Source of the DNA: an uncultured cyanobacterium | GTDB lineage: Bacteria > Cyanobacteriota > Cyanobacteriia > CAKZMO01 | Direction: 5' to 3' | Length of the DNA: 64,000 nt | Assembly: GCA_963719515.1 (NCBI GenBank) | Contig: CAVRCJ010000011.1 | Span: 256,001 to 320,000 of the forward strand | In this document: piece by piece, positions 1 to 11,712 of the stretch | How the letters are laid out: each line of letters begins with the position of its first letter | Numbering within the stretch: the first letter of the stretch is position 1 | Translations under genes and position numbers: made by a program | Notes under the pieces: model-generated | Database searches by the model: none | What the model was told of the DNA's origin: nothing | Seen by the model: only the letters and a program-made list of their open reading frames with translations

Positions 1-2817
1 ACAACAGTCCTACCTCTGACCATTACGCCCCTAGTTGTAGCTAGTATTGCGGGCTACACCATCATTCAGCGGGACAGCACCCGCGACCTGAATGCCCAGC
101 TCGCGAGTCAGGTTCTTTTGGCCAAGGACCTGGTGGACGACACCATTGACCGAGACACCAACCTGACCCAAAACGTTGCCCTAAATCCTCTGGTGCAGAG
201 TCTGGCCAAAGCCTCTAGCGATATTGCCGTCGAGCAGGATTTGCTGGAGGTTCCGGCTGAGGAGCTAGAAACCCGCTTTTCCCAGTCGAAAGTGTTACAG
301 GCTGACCAGGGCTTCAACGATTACCTCGCGCGGGTTGCAGAAACGGAGGGCTTTGCAGAGCTGATTGTAACAGAGCGCAACGGCCTCAACGTAGGCTATA
401 GCACGACGCCGTCGACCTTCGGCCAAGCGAGGGACCAGTGGTGGCAGCAGGGCCGCGCCTCAGGGCAGTGGGTAAGCGACCCGGAGTACGATGAGTCCAC
501 AGACACCTTCGGATTCACCGTCAGCAACCAGATTAAAGACTCCCAAACCGGAGAATTCCTGGGCGTCATCAAGGGCTTTTTCCCGGCAGAGGTGTATGAC
601 GATCTGGCTGAATACCTGCAAGACAATGGTATTGAGGGGTCTCAGCGGGTAGAAATCCTAGACTCAAGCTCGGGGCGGGCGATCGTAGTCATTGACGACG
701 GAGGGACACAGCTTCCCGCCAATGCGGAAGATGCGTTGGAGACCACAGGCGGACGGGTCGTCGGTGAAATTGCCGCAAAGCTCGGCGAGCTAAATCGACA
801 GGGGGAGGGAGCTAACCTAGAGGTCTTTGCAGCGAGCCTAGAGGAAGACTACCCCGTCGGCAACCTGACGCTGACAACGCTGGGCGGAGTTGGAGAAGAG
901 GACAGCGGCTCTGACCCCGTGCTTTCCTTTGACCTAGAGGGCAAGCGATTCACCTTGGCCGCCGCCTCTGCTGTGGACTGGGTCTCCATATCCTCCATGG
1001 ACCTCTCTGAAATTCGAGCCCAGGGCCGCAGCCTGCTCTTTATCTTTGCCCTCATCGGGCTGGTGCTGGCGGCGGTTAGTAGCGTATTTACCATTGGTCT
1101 ATCCCGACGGCTCTCCGAACCCCTGTACAGCCTCTCCGAAAGCGCCCGCGAAATGGCCACCGGAAACCTGGACGTGACGGCGCAGCTTCAGGGCACCTCC
1201 GAGACCCAAACCCTGGCCCAGACCTTTAACGAGCTGGTGCGTAGGGTCAAGGGATCTCTGCTAGAGCAGACCCGCAACGCTGAGGAAGCCAACCTGCTGG
1301 CGTTCGTTACCGGTGCAAAGGTTGACTCTGAGGAAGATCTGGCGGCGATGTTTGACCAAGCGACTCAGCAGGCCCGAAGCATTTTGGAAGCTGACCGCCT
1401 GGTGGTCTACCGCTTTAACCTCGAAACCTGGAATGGCCGCATCGCCTCTGAGTCAGTAGAGGGCAGTCAGCCCAGCGCCTTTGCCCAAGGACTCGATGAT
1501 CCCTGCATTCCAGAAGCCACCCGCAGTAAGTATCTCAACGACGGCCTCTACCTGCACAACAATATCAGCGCAGCGCAGCTCCACCCCGAACATCTGGCCC
1601 TACTGGAAAATCTTAAAGTGCGATCGGTGCTGGGCACCCCCATCATCAGCCAAGGTCGGCTTTACGGACTGCTGATTGCCCACCACTGCAGCGCGCTCCA
1701 TACTTGGCAGCCTTCTGAGATTAGCTTCATGAAGCGAGTCGGACAGCAGCTAGGTCTAGTGATCGAGCGGATTACCCTGCGGGAGCAAACGGTGCAGCTT
1801 GCAGAAGAGCAGCGGCAAATTAAGGAAACCCTACAGCGGAATGCGCTGCAGCTGCTGATGGACGTTGACCCGGTGAGCGAAGGGGACCTGACGGTGCGGG
1901 CAAGAGTAACGGAGGACGAAATCGGTACGGTTGCAGACTCCTACAACGCGACAATCACCAACCTCAGAAAGATTGTGACCCAGGTGCAGCTGGCGGCCCG
2001 TCAGGTGGCCGACACCACAGTGGAAAGTGAAGCGTCGGCCCAATCGCTGTCAAAGTCTGCAATGCGGCAGGCGCAGGATATTTCTGAGGCCCTAGACCGA
2101 GCCCAGGAGATGGCTAACTCAGCCCAGCTGGTGGCCACCAACGCGGCTAAAGCAGGAGAAGCGGTGCAGGCTGCCGCCCTGACGGTGCAAGAGGGTGACG
2201 ATGCCATGAACCGTACGGTAGACGGCATTCTCGGCATTCGCGAGACGGTGGCAGAGACGGCGAAGAAGGTGAAGCGACTGGGGGAATCGTCTCAAAAGAT
2301 TTCCAATGTGGTCAACCTGATTAGTGGATTTGCCGCTCAGACGAACATGCTGGCGCTGAACGCCTCAATTGAGGCCTCCCGCGCCGGTGAGGACAGCAAA
2401 GGCTTTGCGGTGGTCGCGGAAGAGGTGCGAGAGCTGGCTCGTCAGTCGGCGGAAGCAACCACGGAAATCGAGAAGCTGGTGGCCGACATTCAGTCGGAGA
2501 CCAACGAGGTGGTCGTGGCGATGGAAACCGGTACGGAGCAGGTGGTTTCTGGAACGAAGCTAGTGGATGAAACCCGCGAAAGCTTGAACAAAATCACCGC
2601 AACGAGCCGGCAAATTAGCGAGCTGGTGGAATCGATTACCCAAGCAACAGTCGTTCAGACCCGGGCCTCTGAAGCGGTGACCGACGTCATGACCAACGTG
2701 GCGGCGATCGCCACCCAAAACACCGAAGAGGCGAACAAAGTTTATGGCTCCTTTGAAGACCTGAACAGCGTGGCAAAAACACTGCAGTCTGAGGTGGATC
2801 GATTCAAAGTGAGCTAA
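1..2817 (+). CDS. Methyl-accepting chemotaxis/phototaxis protein (TM, Cache-like periplasmic domain, TM, HAMP, GAF, HAMP, MCP signal); 5' partial
   Basis: Frame is open from base 1 ([22 protein letters not shown] = first TM). Contains GAF with DPCIP motif and MCP signature [31 protein letters not shown]. PixJ/PilJ-like. Confidence 0.93.
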   Translation, partial: TTVLPLTITPLVVASIAGYTIIQRDSTRDLNAQLASQVLLAKDLVDDTIDRDTNLTQNVALNPLVQSLAKASSDIAVEQDLLEVPAEELETRFSQSKVLQADQGFNDYLARVAETEGFAELIVTERNGLNVGYSTTPSTFGQARDQWWQQGRASGQWVSDPEYDESTDTFGFTVSNQIKDSQTGEFLGVIKGFFPAEVYDDLAEYLQDNGIEGSQRVEILDSSSGRAIVVIDDGGTQLPANAEDALETTGGRVVGEIAAKLGELNRQGEGANLEVFAASLEEDYPVGNLTLTTLGGVGEEDSGSDPVLSFDLEGKRFTLAAASAVDWVSISSMDLSEIRAQGRSLLFIFALIGLVLAAVSSVFTIGLSRRLSEPLYSLSESAREMATGNLDVTAQLQGTSETQTLAQTFNELVRRVKGSLLEQTRNAEEANLLAFVTGAKVDSEEDLAAMFDQATQQARSILEADRLVVYRFNLETWNGRIASESVEGSQPSAFAQGLDDPCIPEATRSKYLNDGLYLHNNISAAQLHPEHLALLENLKVRSVLGTPIISQGRLYGLLIAHHCSALHTWQPSEISFMKRVGQQLGLVIERITLREQTVQLAEEQRQIKETLQRNALQLLMDVDPVSEGDLTVRARVTEDEIGTVADSYNATITNLRKIVTQVQLAARQVADTTVESEASAQSLSKSAMRQAQDISEALDRAQEMANSAQLVATNAAKAGEAVQAAALTVQEGDDAMNRTVDGILGIRETVAETAKKVKRLGESSQKISNVVNLISGFAAQTNMLALNASIEASRAGEDSKGFAVVAEEVRELARQSAEATTEIEKLVADIQSETNEVVVAMETGTEQVVSGTKLVDETRESLNKITATSRQISELVESITQATVVQTRASEAVTDVMTNVAAIATQNTEEANKVYGSFEDLNSVAKTLQSEVDRFKVS

Positions 2818-2972
2818 GGCCCCCTTTGGGCTGTGAGCTTGACCTAGCCGTTTTAACTCCAAAAACGGCTGGGCCAAACTAGGCGTACCGGCTGTACGCC
2901 CTTGACGGTATTACCGCTTGTCGGCAACCGCGACTGGCGTTCTCGCTCCTCTAACTTTTTCCAAGTGCTGCT

Positions 2973-5900
2973 ATGGCGATTAATTCTGACATCCGCGACC
3001 AAGCCTATGAGTTTTTTGTTGAAGAGGCTCCTGAACTCTTACAGACGATTGAGTCTGGATTGTTGAGTCTGCGGCAAGAGCGCGATAAGAACACTATCCA
3101 CAGCATTATGCGGGCGGCTCACTCTCTCAAGGGTGGGTCAGCCAGCGTCGGATTAGACGCGATTAAGACAATTTCTCACCGAGTAGAGGCGATTTTTAAG
3201 TCGCTCTACAGTGACACCCTCACGATCGATTCAGAGCTTGAAACTCAGCTGCTCGCGGCCTATGATTGCCTAAGAATTCCGCTCCATGAGCTGTTCGAGA
3301 CAGGGCAGTTTGAGACGGAAGCAGCGTTAGACACCGCAGAAGAAGTTCTAGCGCCGCTCGAAGTTCGCTGTTGCGATGCGATTGCAGAGACCCGAGATTT
3401 CGTCCCCGGTTCTGCGGATCTGGGCGTCAATATGGCGATCTCCATCTTTGAGGTGGATGTGGCAGAAGGAATTCAGCGACTGGAGATGGCGCTGGCCACT
3501 ACCCCTGCTGATATCGGAGCTGAGCTGCGGGCCCAGGCTGAGGTGTTTATCGGATTTGCTGAACTACTCAACCTATCTGGCTTTGCCGCCATCGCCCAGA
3601 CAATCCTTACGGCCATCAATGCCCGCCCCTACCGAGCGGCTGACATCGCGGCGCTTGCCATCGAAGACCTGAAGGCTGGCCGCGAGGCGGTGCTGCAGGG
3701 AGACGCCGTGGGCGGGCAGCCCTCGCCGGCCTTGCTCGATATCACGGCTGGCGCTGTCGATGAGCCGCTGGCAGCGACGGACCTACTGGATGACGCTCTA
3801 GATCTCGATCTGCTGAGCGACGATGCCCTGAATGGCGGTCTACTAGACGGCGATCTACTAGACGGCGATTTACTGGATAGCGACTTCTTCGGTGGGGAGC
3901 CACTGGATGGAGAGGTCCTGGATATTGCAGTAGATATCGACGCTCTGCCCAGCGCCCCATCCGATACCCCTGACCTAGCCGGCGACTCAAACGTCGGCGT
4001 AGACCTTGACGCATCCAGCAGCGACGCCCCAGAGGCTGAGCCGGGCCGCGAGGCAGGAGATCAACACGCCTGGAGCCGCTTCATTCTAGAGTCAGCGTCC
4101 GAGCCGGCAGAGGCTACATCGGCTGGCGCTGATGGGGAAGACGAATTGGCCTTGGACCTGTCAGACCCGCTGACAGGTGAAGCCCTCCCGCAAGAAACCT
4201 TTGAGCCCTCGAGTGGCGATCGCCATCCGGGAGAGTTGAACCTGGAGGCAGCTGCGGATAGCGCAGTCGGTGACGCTGCAGATGCCGCTGAGATGGAGGT
4301 TGTTGAGGCGGATGCTGTTGAAGTGGATGGTATTGCAGCCGACAGCGTCGTGGCTGACAGTGTAGACCAGACCAGCTCATCCCCCCCTACCGCCGCGAAG
4401 CCCTCCCCAAAACGCAGACCTAGCGCCAAAGCCATAGCGCCCAATCTTACCGTCCGCGTCGATACCGAACGGCTGTCTCGGATGAACAACCTGCTGGGTG
4501 AACTCACCATCAGCCGTAACGGACTGGAGCTGCAAAACACGCAGGCTCAGCGGGGAACCCGTGAGCTGCAAAAGCGTTTCCAGCGGTTTCAAGACGCGGT
4601 GGAAACCATTCGCTCTTTCTCCGACCAGCTCCTGCTTCGGGATCAGCACCCGACGGGCCGCAGAGCGCCGTCAAACGAATCATCTGCGGCGTCCGGAGAT
4701 TTGCGGGGCGACTTCGACGCCCTAGAAATGGACCGCTACAGCACGCTTTACGCCCAAACTCAGCTGCTGCTGGAGGAAATTGTGCAGCTAGAGGAGGCGG
4801 TTGAGGACGTCTCGCTATTCACCCGGCAGTCTGGCCAGATGCTGGGCCGCCATCGCAAAATGCTCTCTAGCATGCAGGACGAGCTGATGTGGGCCAGAAT
4901 GCTGCCCATCGGCACCTTGCTAAATCGCTTCCCGCGCATGCTGCGCGATTTGTCTAACCAGCATGAAAAGCCGGTGAGGCTACAGCTGACAGGCGCTGAC
5001 CTGCTGGTGGACAAAGTAGTCTTAGAGAAATTGTACGACCCCCTGCTGCACCTGTTGCGGAACGGCTTTGACCACGGCATCGAACCCACTGCCGACCGAC
5101 AGCAGGCCGGCAAACCTGCGGAAGGTCAACTCTCGGTGACGGCGGTTTACCGAGGGCGGCAGGTGATCATCGAGGTGAAAGACGATGGCCGCGGTCTCAA
5201 CGGCGATCGCATTCGACAGCGGGCCGTTCAGATAGGACTGCTGCCTGAGTCAGAAGCACAGCAGATGAGCGACCAGGACCTGCACGAGCTCATTTTCCAG
5301 CCTGGATTTTCAACAGCGGCGCAGGTGAGCGATCTGTCGGGCCGGGGTGTGGGTCTAGACGTGGTGCGAGAGCAGGTGCGAGACCTCAACGGCCGCGTCA
5401 GCGTTGCCTCCACCCTAGGGCAAGGGACCGCGTTCACCCTTACCCTACCGCTAACGCTGACGGTGCTCAATTTGCTCATCTGCTTCGTCGGCTCTACGCC
5501 GCTGGCCTTCCGCAGCAGCGGCATTGTCGAGGTCACCATTCCCAAACCTGGGCAAACCTCCCAGGCAGGCGACGAGCTGTTTCTCCATTGGCAGGGCAAG
5601 ACGCTACGGGTCTACCAGATGTCTGACCTGCTGTCCTACAACTGCCTGCTTCCCGAAACGCCCCCCAGCCGGGTCCTGTCTGCAGTACCGTCGCCGTCAG
5701 ACTGGGCCTCTCCCATGCTAATTTGGCAGCGGGAAAAGGAAACCATTGCCATTCAGGTTGACCGCTTGGTCACAGAGCAAGAGCTGGTCGTCAAGCCCTT
5801 TGGCCGGGCGATCGCACCGCCGAGCTATGCCTACGGCTGCACAGTCTTGGGGGATGGTAGTCTCGTACCGGTGATTGATGGTCTTGTTCTTCTAGACTCA

Positions 5901-6389
5901 ATATTTGCCCGCTACCAGGACGCCGGCACGATTGTAGAGGCGTTAGAGCAGGCCGTCCGCACCACGGCGCAGCAGGACACCGTACAGATCACAGAAGCGG
6001 TGACGTTACTCGTGATCGACGATGCGGTAACCTCCCGGCGCACCCTAGCCCTCTCGCTGGAGCGGGCAGGCTACCGGGTGCTTCAGGCGCGGGATGGGCA
6101 GGAGGGCGTAGAGCAGCTAGGGCAAAATCCGGACGTTCAGCTGATCGTCTGCGACGTCGAGATGCCGGTAATGAACGGATTTGAGTTTTTGACCCACCGC
6201 CGCAAAACCCCCGAGATTACCACTATCCCGACGGTAATGCTCACCTCTCGAAGCAACGACAAGCACCGCTGGCTGGCCAAGCAGCTCGGCGCGACGGACT
6301 ACTTCACAAAGCCCTATCTAGAGCAGGAGTTCCTGAAGGCGATCGAGGTTCACCTTGAGGCTACTGAGGAAATGGCCGTGGTGCGGTAG
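2973..6389 (+). CDS. Hybrid CheA-like histidine kinase/response regulator (Hpt, acidic linker, HATPase, CheW, REC)
   Basis: Hpt RAAHSLKG, HLLRNGFDHGIE N-box, DDGRG, SGRGVGLDVV, C-terminal receiver CDVEMP; follows the MCP. Confidence 0.95.
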   Translation: MAINSDIRDQAYEFFVEEAPELLQTIESGLLSLRQERDKNTIHSIMRAAHSLKGGSASVGLDAIKTISHRVEAIFKSLYSDTLTIDSELETQLLAAYDCLRIPLHELFETGQFETEAALDTAEEVLAPLEVRCCDAIAETRDFVPGSADLGVNMAISIFEVDVAEGIQRLEMALATTPADIGAELRAQAEVFIGFAELLNLSGFAAIAQTILTAINARPYRAADIAALAIEDLKAGREAVLQGDAVGGQPSPALLDITAGAVDEPLAATDLLDDALDLDLLSDDALNGGLLDGDLLDGDLLDSDFFGGEPLDGEVLDIAVDIDALPSAPSDTPDLAGDSNVGVDLDASSSDAPEAEPGREAGDQHAWSRFILESASEPAEATSAGADGEDELALDLSDPLTGEALPQETFEPSSGDRHPGELNLEAAADSAVGDAADAAEMEVVEADAVEVDGIAADSVVADSVDQTSSSPPTAAKPSPKRRPSAKAIAPNLTVRVDTERLSRMNNLLGELTISRNGLELQNTQAQRGTRELQKRFQRFQDAVETIRSFSDQLLLRDQHPTGRRAPSNESSAASGDLRGDFDALEMDRYSTLYAQTQLLLEEIVQLEEAVEDVSLFTRQSGQMLGRHRKMLSSMQDELMWARMLPIGTLLNRFPRMLRDLSNQHEKPVRLQLTGADLLVDKVVLEKLYDPLLHLLRNGFDHGIEPTADRQQAGKPAEGQLSVTAVYRGRQVIIEVKDDGRGLNGDRIRQRAVQIGLLPESEAQQMSDQDLHELIFQPGFSTAAQVSDLSGRGVGLDVVREQVRDLNGRVSVASTLGQGTAFTLTLPLTLTVLNLLICFVGSTPLAFRSSGIVEVTIPKPGQTSQAGDELFLHWQGKTLRVYQMSDLLSYNCLLPETPPSRVLSAVPSPSDWASPMLIWQREKETIAIQVDRLVTEQELVVKPFGRAIAPPSYAYGCTVLGDGSLVPVIDGLVLLDSIFARYQDAGTIVEALEQAVRTTAQQDTVQITEAVTLLVIDDAVTSRRTLALSLERAGYRVLQARDGQEGVEQLGQNPDVQLIVCDVEMPVMNGFEFLTHRRKTPEITTIPTVMLTSRSNDKHRWLAKQLGATDYFTKPYLEQEFLKAIEVHLEATEEMAVVR

Positions 6390-6492
6390 GGTGCCCTGGC
6401 CGGGCAGAGACACAGCGTGCCCGCGCAGCGTCAGCTGGGGCCAGCAAATGCGGCAGACCCGGTAGAGTAGAGAGGTCGCTACAGCTATCCGC

Positions 6493-7902
6493 GTGAGCAA
6501 TCCGATTCTCGACCTCTCTTACGACCCTGCGTTTGAATCTTTAGGTGATGATTACTTTGACATCGTTGCCGCCGCCGAGTTTCCCCAACATATCCTACGT
6601 TTCCGTAGCGATCGCCTGCTGCCCCTGCTGGGCCTTGATCCTCAGCAGGTGAGCGACGAGAATTTTATCGAGGCGTTTGGGCAGTTTCGAGAGCGATCGC
6701 CCCTGTTGGCGATGCGCTATCACGGCCACCAGTTCGGCGAATACAACCCCTACATTGGAGACGGGCGCGGTTTCCTCTACGGTCAGGTCCGGGGCACCGA
6801 CGGCGAGCTCTATGACTTGGGCACTAAGGGCTCCGGGCCCACCCCCTATTCGCGGGGCGGCGACGGGCGGCTCACCCTTAAAGGGGGGGTACGAGAAATC
6901 TTGGCTTCGGAGGCGCTGCATCGCCAAGGGGTCAGAACCTCGCGAATTTTTAGCCTAATCGAGACGGGAGACAAGCTGTGGCGGGGCGACGAGCCCTCGC
7001 CAACGCGGGCCTCAGTAATGGTGCGGCTCAGCCGCAGCCATATTCGCTTTGGCACCTTCGAGCGGCTCCACTATCTCGGTCGCCCTGACCTGGCGCGTCA
7101 GCTCTTAGACCACGTCGTGGCGACTTACTACAGCCATCTGGAGGGAAAAGACGCCTACGAGCGCTTCTATGACGAGCTCGTGCAGCGAACCGCTCAGATG
7201 GCGGCGGGGTGGATGGCGGCAGGCTTTTGCCACGCGGTAATCAACAGCGACAATATGTCGATTACGGGGGAGAGCTTCGACTACGGCCCCTACGCCTTCA
7301 TCGCCACGTACGACCCCAAGTTCACCGCGGCCTATTTCGACTACCAAGGCCGCTACCGCTACGGAAATCAGCCCTTGGCCTGCCGCTGGAACTTGCACAT
7401 GCTGCAGCTGGTGCTCAAAGCGGTGATTCCGGTAGAGTCGATGGAGTCCAGTCTGGGGGACTTCGAAATGCACTACCAACAGGCCTATCGGGAGCGCATG
7501 GCTAACCGACTGGGGCTTGCGCCAACATCGCTGACCGTAATGACGGCGCTGGTGACTGCAACGACGGAGATGCTGCACCAAACGCAGGCCGGCTATCACG
7601 GCTTCTTCGCTGACCTGCGTCACTCCTTTTCATTGGATTGGAAGGGGTCTAGCGAGGCGATTTCCACCGCCCTGTCACTCCCCGATCATCCTAGCGTTCA
7701 AAAATGGGCCGAGCTATATCATTCGGCGCTGCTGCAGGAATCGGATTCTGGGGCAATACCGGCCCGACTGGTCCGGCACAATCCCAAAACGGTTCCCATC
7801 CGTCCCAAAATTGAGGCCGCCTGGGAACCAATTGTTGCTGAAGATAACTGGCAGCCGTTTTACGCATTGCTGACCCACATCTGCGAGGAAGACAAGCTTT
7901 AA
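6493..7902 (+). CDS. selO: Protein adenylyltransferase SelO/YdiU family
   Basis: [47 protein letters not shown] motifs. Confidence 0.92.
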   Translation: MSNPILDLSYDPAFESLGDDYFDIVAAAEFPQHILRFRSDRLLPLLGLDPQQVSDENFIEAFGQFRERSPLLAMRYHGHQFGEYNPYIGDGRGFLYGQVRGTDGELYDLGTKGSGPTPYSRGGDGRLTLKGGVREILASEALHRQGVRTSRIFSLIETGDKLWRGDEPSPTRASVMVRLSRSHIRFGTFERLHYLGRPDLARQLLDHVVATYYSHLEGKDAYERFYDELVQRTAQMAAGWMAAGFCHAVINSDNMSITGESFDYGPYAFIATYDPKFTAAYFDYQGRYRYGNQPLACRWNLHMLQLVLKAVIPVESMESSLGDFEMHYQQAYRERMANRLGLAPTSLTVMTALVTATTEMLHQTQAGYHGFFADLRHSFSLDWKGSSEAISTALSLPDHPSVQKWAELYHSALLQESDSGAIPARLVRHNPKTVPIRPKIEAAWEPIVAEDNWQPFYALLTHICEEDKL

Positions 7903-7954
7903 AGCAGCTAGCACCGTTCCGTCAGAGACGCCTCTCGAAGCAGGACGCACCCCA

Positions 7955-8494
7955 TCAATCCTTGCGTGGGAAACCGGAAACGTCCTGAAAGCTAGCGTTA
8001 GAGAAATCCCGGTCGTCTTTGGGAATGACGCTCAAAGTAGCATCAGTTTCTAGAATTACCCACTGGACTTCTTCAAGGTCGATAAGTCCGTTTTCGCGAA
8101 CTGCTGACATCACTTCACTAGGGGTAACGCGCTCTTGCCTCAAGGCGTCATGAATAAGCTCACCCTTATGAACGAGCAGCGTTGGACGTGCCTTGACAAG
8201 CCTCGCTAGCCTCTTAGAGAAAAGGATTCTGCTTGTGAGGAGGTACTGCGCCCCCAAAAGAATAGCAATAGCGGTGATTGCCTCGACAAACGATACGCTG
8301 TCGATCACGATGCCTGAAGCCGTTAGCGCGCCAATGGCAACTGTAACAATCCAGTCAAAGTTGTTCATTTGGGAAGTGGCTCGCTTTCCGGTGATTCGAA
8401 TCGCCAGAATGACGGCAACGTACATGATGGGAGCGACTAAGATAATTTCAATAACGCCTTCCCAACCGTCAAAAAATGCTTCCAGTAGGTCCAT
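7955..8494 (-). CDS. DUF421/YetF family membrane protein
   Basis: GKRATSQMNNFDWIVTVAIG and ILETDATLSVI motifs; 3 TM segments. Confidence 0.85.
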   Translation of the reverse strand: MDLLEAFFDGWEGVIEIILVAPIMYVAVILAIRITGKRATSQMNNFDWIVTVAIGALTASGIVIDSVSFVEAITAIAILLGAQYLLTSRILFSKRLARLVKARPTLLVHKGELIHDALRQERVTPSEVMSAVRENGLIDLEEVQWVILETDATLSVIPKDDRDFSNASFQDVSGFPRKD

Positions 8495-8711
8495 CGAGAG
8501 CGTCCTTTGTAATGTTCAAGCACTCCACCCTAAAGCACGCTTCAGACTTTAGGCGGCTCTATGAGGATGCCTTGCAAAATCTTGTCGACGGCGCTTGAAA
8601 CGAAACCGCGGCAAGAAGAGCTTCGGCCAATATACCTGCTGATCAGCGGCATGATATCTACCTGTGGGTAGGAGGAAAGCCTGCGAGTGAGATAAAAGGG
8701 CAGCGCCCTGT

Positions 8712-9752
8712 TTAACCTATGGGCAATAAATCTAGGGCCTGCCGCACCACCTCACTCCCGGCCCCCGCCCGGCAAGAGTGCTCCGTTAGGTGACGCTTCC
8801 AAGCCTTGCTCCCCGGCTGCCCCGTGAACAGCTGCAGCATGTGGCGCGTGATTTTGTTCACCTTAAACTGTCCTGCCCAGCGCGCCATCCACTGGTCAAT
8901 ATAGGGCAGCATTGCCTCCGCCACCTCTCGGCGCGATCGCCCCATGGAGCTGGCTACCCCTTGCGGCTCATCCCCAAAAAATTCTTCATCCACCGTGGCA
9001 AATAGATAGGGATTGTCGTAGGCTGCCCGCCCCACCATCACCGCGTCTACCTGCTGGAGCTGCTCGCGCACCTGCTCCAACCCCGTGATGCCGCCGTTAA
9101 TCTCAATCGCTAGGTGAGGAAACTCCCGCTTCAGCCGATGCACATCGCCATAGCGCAGCGGCGGCACGGTGCGGTTTTGCTTTGGGTTAAGTCCCTGCAG
9201 CCACGCTTTACGAGCGTGTACCGTGAAGTGATGACAGCCCGCCGCCGCCACCGTCTCCACAAAGTGGGCCATATCCTCGTAGCGATCGCGATCGTCGATG
9301 CCAATCCGGTGCTTCACGGTCACGGGAATCGGCACGGCGGCTTTCATCGCGGCCACGCAGTCCGCTACCCGCTCCGGCTGCCCCATCAGACAGGCCCCAA
9401 AATGCCCATTCTGAACGCGATCGCTGGGACAGCCCACGTTGAGGTTAACTTCGTCGTACCCCCTGTCGTAAGCCTCACGGCTGCAGTAGGCTAGGTCCTG
9501 CGGGTTATCTCCCCCCAGCTGCAGGGCCAAAGGCTTCTCTTCGGGCGAGAACCCCAGCAGGTAGTCGCGATCGCCGTGGAGAATGGCTCCGGTAGTCACC
9601 ATTTCTGTGTACAGCAGGGTGTGCCGGGTGATCTGCCGCATAAAGTAGCGGTAGTGGCGATCGGTGCGGTCCATCATTGGGGCAATGCTCACCGGGTAGG
9701 GGGCGGTGAGGGAGCGAGGCAGCGCCCGCTGAGGTAAGGCAACAAAAGTCAT
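8712..9752 (-). CDS. dusA: tRNA dihydrouridine(20/20a) synthase DusA
   Basis: SIAPMMDRTDRHYRYF, NLNVGCPSDRV, HARKAWLQGLNPKQNR. Confidence 0.93.
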   Translation of the reverse strand: MTFVALPQRALPRSLTAPYPVSIAPMMDRTDRHYRYFMRQITRHTLLYTEMVTTGAILHGDRDYLLGFSPEEKPLALQLGGDNPQDLAYCSREAYDRGYDEVNLNVGCPSDRVQNGHFGACLMGQPERVADCVAAMKAAVPIPVTVKHRIGIDDRDRYEDMAHFVETVAAAGCHHFTVHARKAWLQGLNPKQNRTVPPLRYGDVHRLKREFPHLAIEINGGITGLEQVREQLQQVDAVMVGRAAYDNPYLFATVDEEFFGDEPQGVASSMGRSRREVAEAMLPYIDQWMARWAGQFKVNKITRHMLQLFTGQPGSKAWKRHLTEHSCRAGAGSEVVRQALDLLPIG

Positions 9753-9755
9753 GAT

Positions 9756-11565
9756 TTAAGGAGAATTCGACGCTGGACGAGCTTTGAAGTAGGCCTCCAG
9801 CACCTCTTGAACGATAGGGGCTGCCAAAGCTGAGCCCCCGCCGCCGGAGTTCTCCCCAAAGGCTACCACCACGATTTCAGGGTTTTCGTAGGGGCCGTAG
9901 GCCCCAAACCAGGTGTGGTTCTCGCGGGGCTGGTCTTCGGCGGTGCCGCTCTTGCCCGCTAGCGGAGGCATGTGGGCGACGTTGAGCTTACGGCCCGTGC
10001 CGCTGGTGATTACCTGACGGAGGCCCTGCTTCAGCACGCGCACCGTCTCATCAGAAAGGCCCAAAGGCTGCCGCCACTGACGACTGGTATCGGGGTCTTT
10101 ATAGAGGTGAGGAATGACGCGATCGCCCCCGTTAGCGACGACGGCAAACATCACCGCCACCTGCAGCGGCGAGGCCTGTAGGTAGCCCTGGCCAATAGTC
10201 ATGTTGATGGTGTCCCCGAGATACCAGGGCTCATCGAGATTCTCCAGCTTCCAATCTTCGTCAGGCACCAGCCCAGCAGCCTCTTCCACCGCCAGCTCGA
10301 TTCCCGTTTTCTTCGCCAAACCCGTAGCGGCGGGTCCATTCAATCAGCGGCTCCTCCCCCATGCGCATGCCGGTTTGGTAAAAGAAGGTGTCGCTGCTCA
10401 TAGCCATCGCCCCCTGGAAAGATAGCGGTCCGAACCCCGCTTTGTTCCAGTCCCAAAACTGAATGCCCCCGGCTTGGATATAGGGGTAGGTTTGGAGCAC
10501 CGTGCGCGGTGAGAACCGGCCCGACTCGATGGCGGCGCTAGTGGTAACAATTTTAAAGGTGCTGGCGGGGGCGTATCCCTGCAGGGCGCGGTTGACGAAC
10601 GGAAACTCCAGGCTTTGGAGTCGGTTCCACTCCGTGCTGGTGATGTGGGTTGAGAAAATATTGGGGTCGAAAGCCGGGCGGCTGACCATCGCTAGCACCT
10701 CCCCATTTCTGGGGTCGATGGCGACTACTGCACCTCTAAGATCCCCTAGAGCCTTTTCAGCCGCCTGCTGTAGGGGAATATCGAGGGTCAGCTGCAGGTC
10801 GCGGCCCGGTTCGGCGGGCTTCTCGCTCAAAATCTGCAGCACCTGCCCGATGCCATCCACCTCGATTTGGCGACCGCCCCACTCGCCTCGCAGGGTCGTC
10901 TCAAAGGCCGATTCGACCCCCATCTGACCGACAACATCTCCCAGGCGGTAGCCCTCGTCAGCGAGATCGACGAGCAGCTCGTCGCTGATCTCTCCGGTGT
11001 AGCCCAGCACGTGGGCGGCGAGGTCGCCGTTGGGGTAGATCCGCTCCGTTTCCGCCTCCACCTGAATTCCCGTCAGCTCTGGCTTGAACTCCATCAGCGC
11101 CGTGAGCTGGGCAGGGGTGATGTCGCGGGCGATGCGCACCAGCAGGGGCGAATTGTATCCGGCCTGCTCTAGCCGCTGCCGGATGTCCTCAGCAGGGATA
11201 TCGAGAATCTCGGACAGCCGGGAAAAGATAGGCTCCCAGTCCACCTCTTCTCGCTTGATAGGCCAGAGGTAGACGGAATAGGACAGCCGATTTTCGACGA
11301 GCGCCTGACCATTGCGATCGAGGATGCGCCCCCGCTCCGGCGGACGGGGCAGCAGCCGAATGCGATTATCTTCGGCAAGCTGGTGGTTGTAATCACCCTG
11401 AAGCAGCTGTAGGTAAGCCAGTCTACCGCCAATTCCCCCCAGCAGCAGCAGCGTCGTAATAGCCATGGCCACGACCGATTGAAACTGTTGACCGACGGTG
11501 CGGCCAGTCTCCCGGGGGGTACGGCTGTGATATTTGGTTCGGGTGGGAGATTGACTAATTGCCAT
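9756..11565 (-). CDS. mrdA: Penicillin-binding protein 2 (MrdA), frameshifted near 10312 (probable sequencing error)
   Basis: ORFs 10261-11565 (STFK, SSD) and 9756-10343 (KSGT) join into one PBP2 when one T of TT at 10312-10313 is removed: YGFGEKTGIEL. Confidence 0.88.
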
Positions 11566-11712
11566 TGAGACTGATTGCCGTGGGATTTGGCAGCAAATCC
11601 CTGATTTGGATTATTATGCTGCTCTAGACTCAGCTTCATTCAGGCTGAGCGACAGCGTTTCCGTGCGATCGCGATCAGCCGATGGATTTTGTAGTCTTGC
11701 CGTCTGCGTAAG

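Noticed and set aside
9756..10343. Separate transpeptidase gene, or programmed frameshift in mrdA
   Set aside because: It is the C-terminal third of PBP2; there is no convincing recoding signal and the lesion type matches probable assembly errors elsewhere
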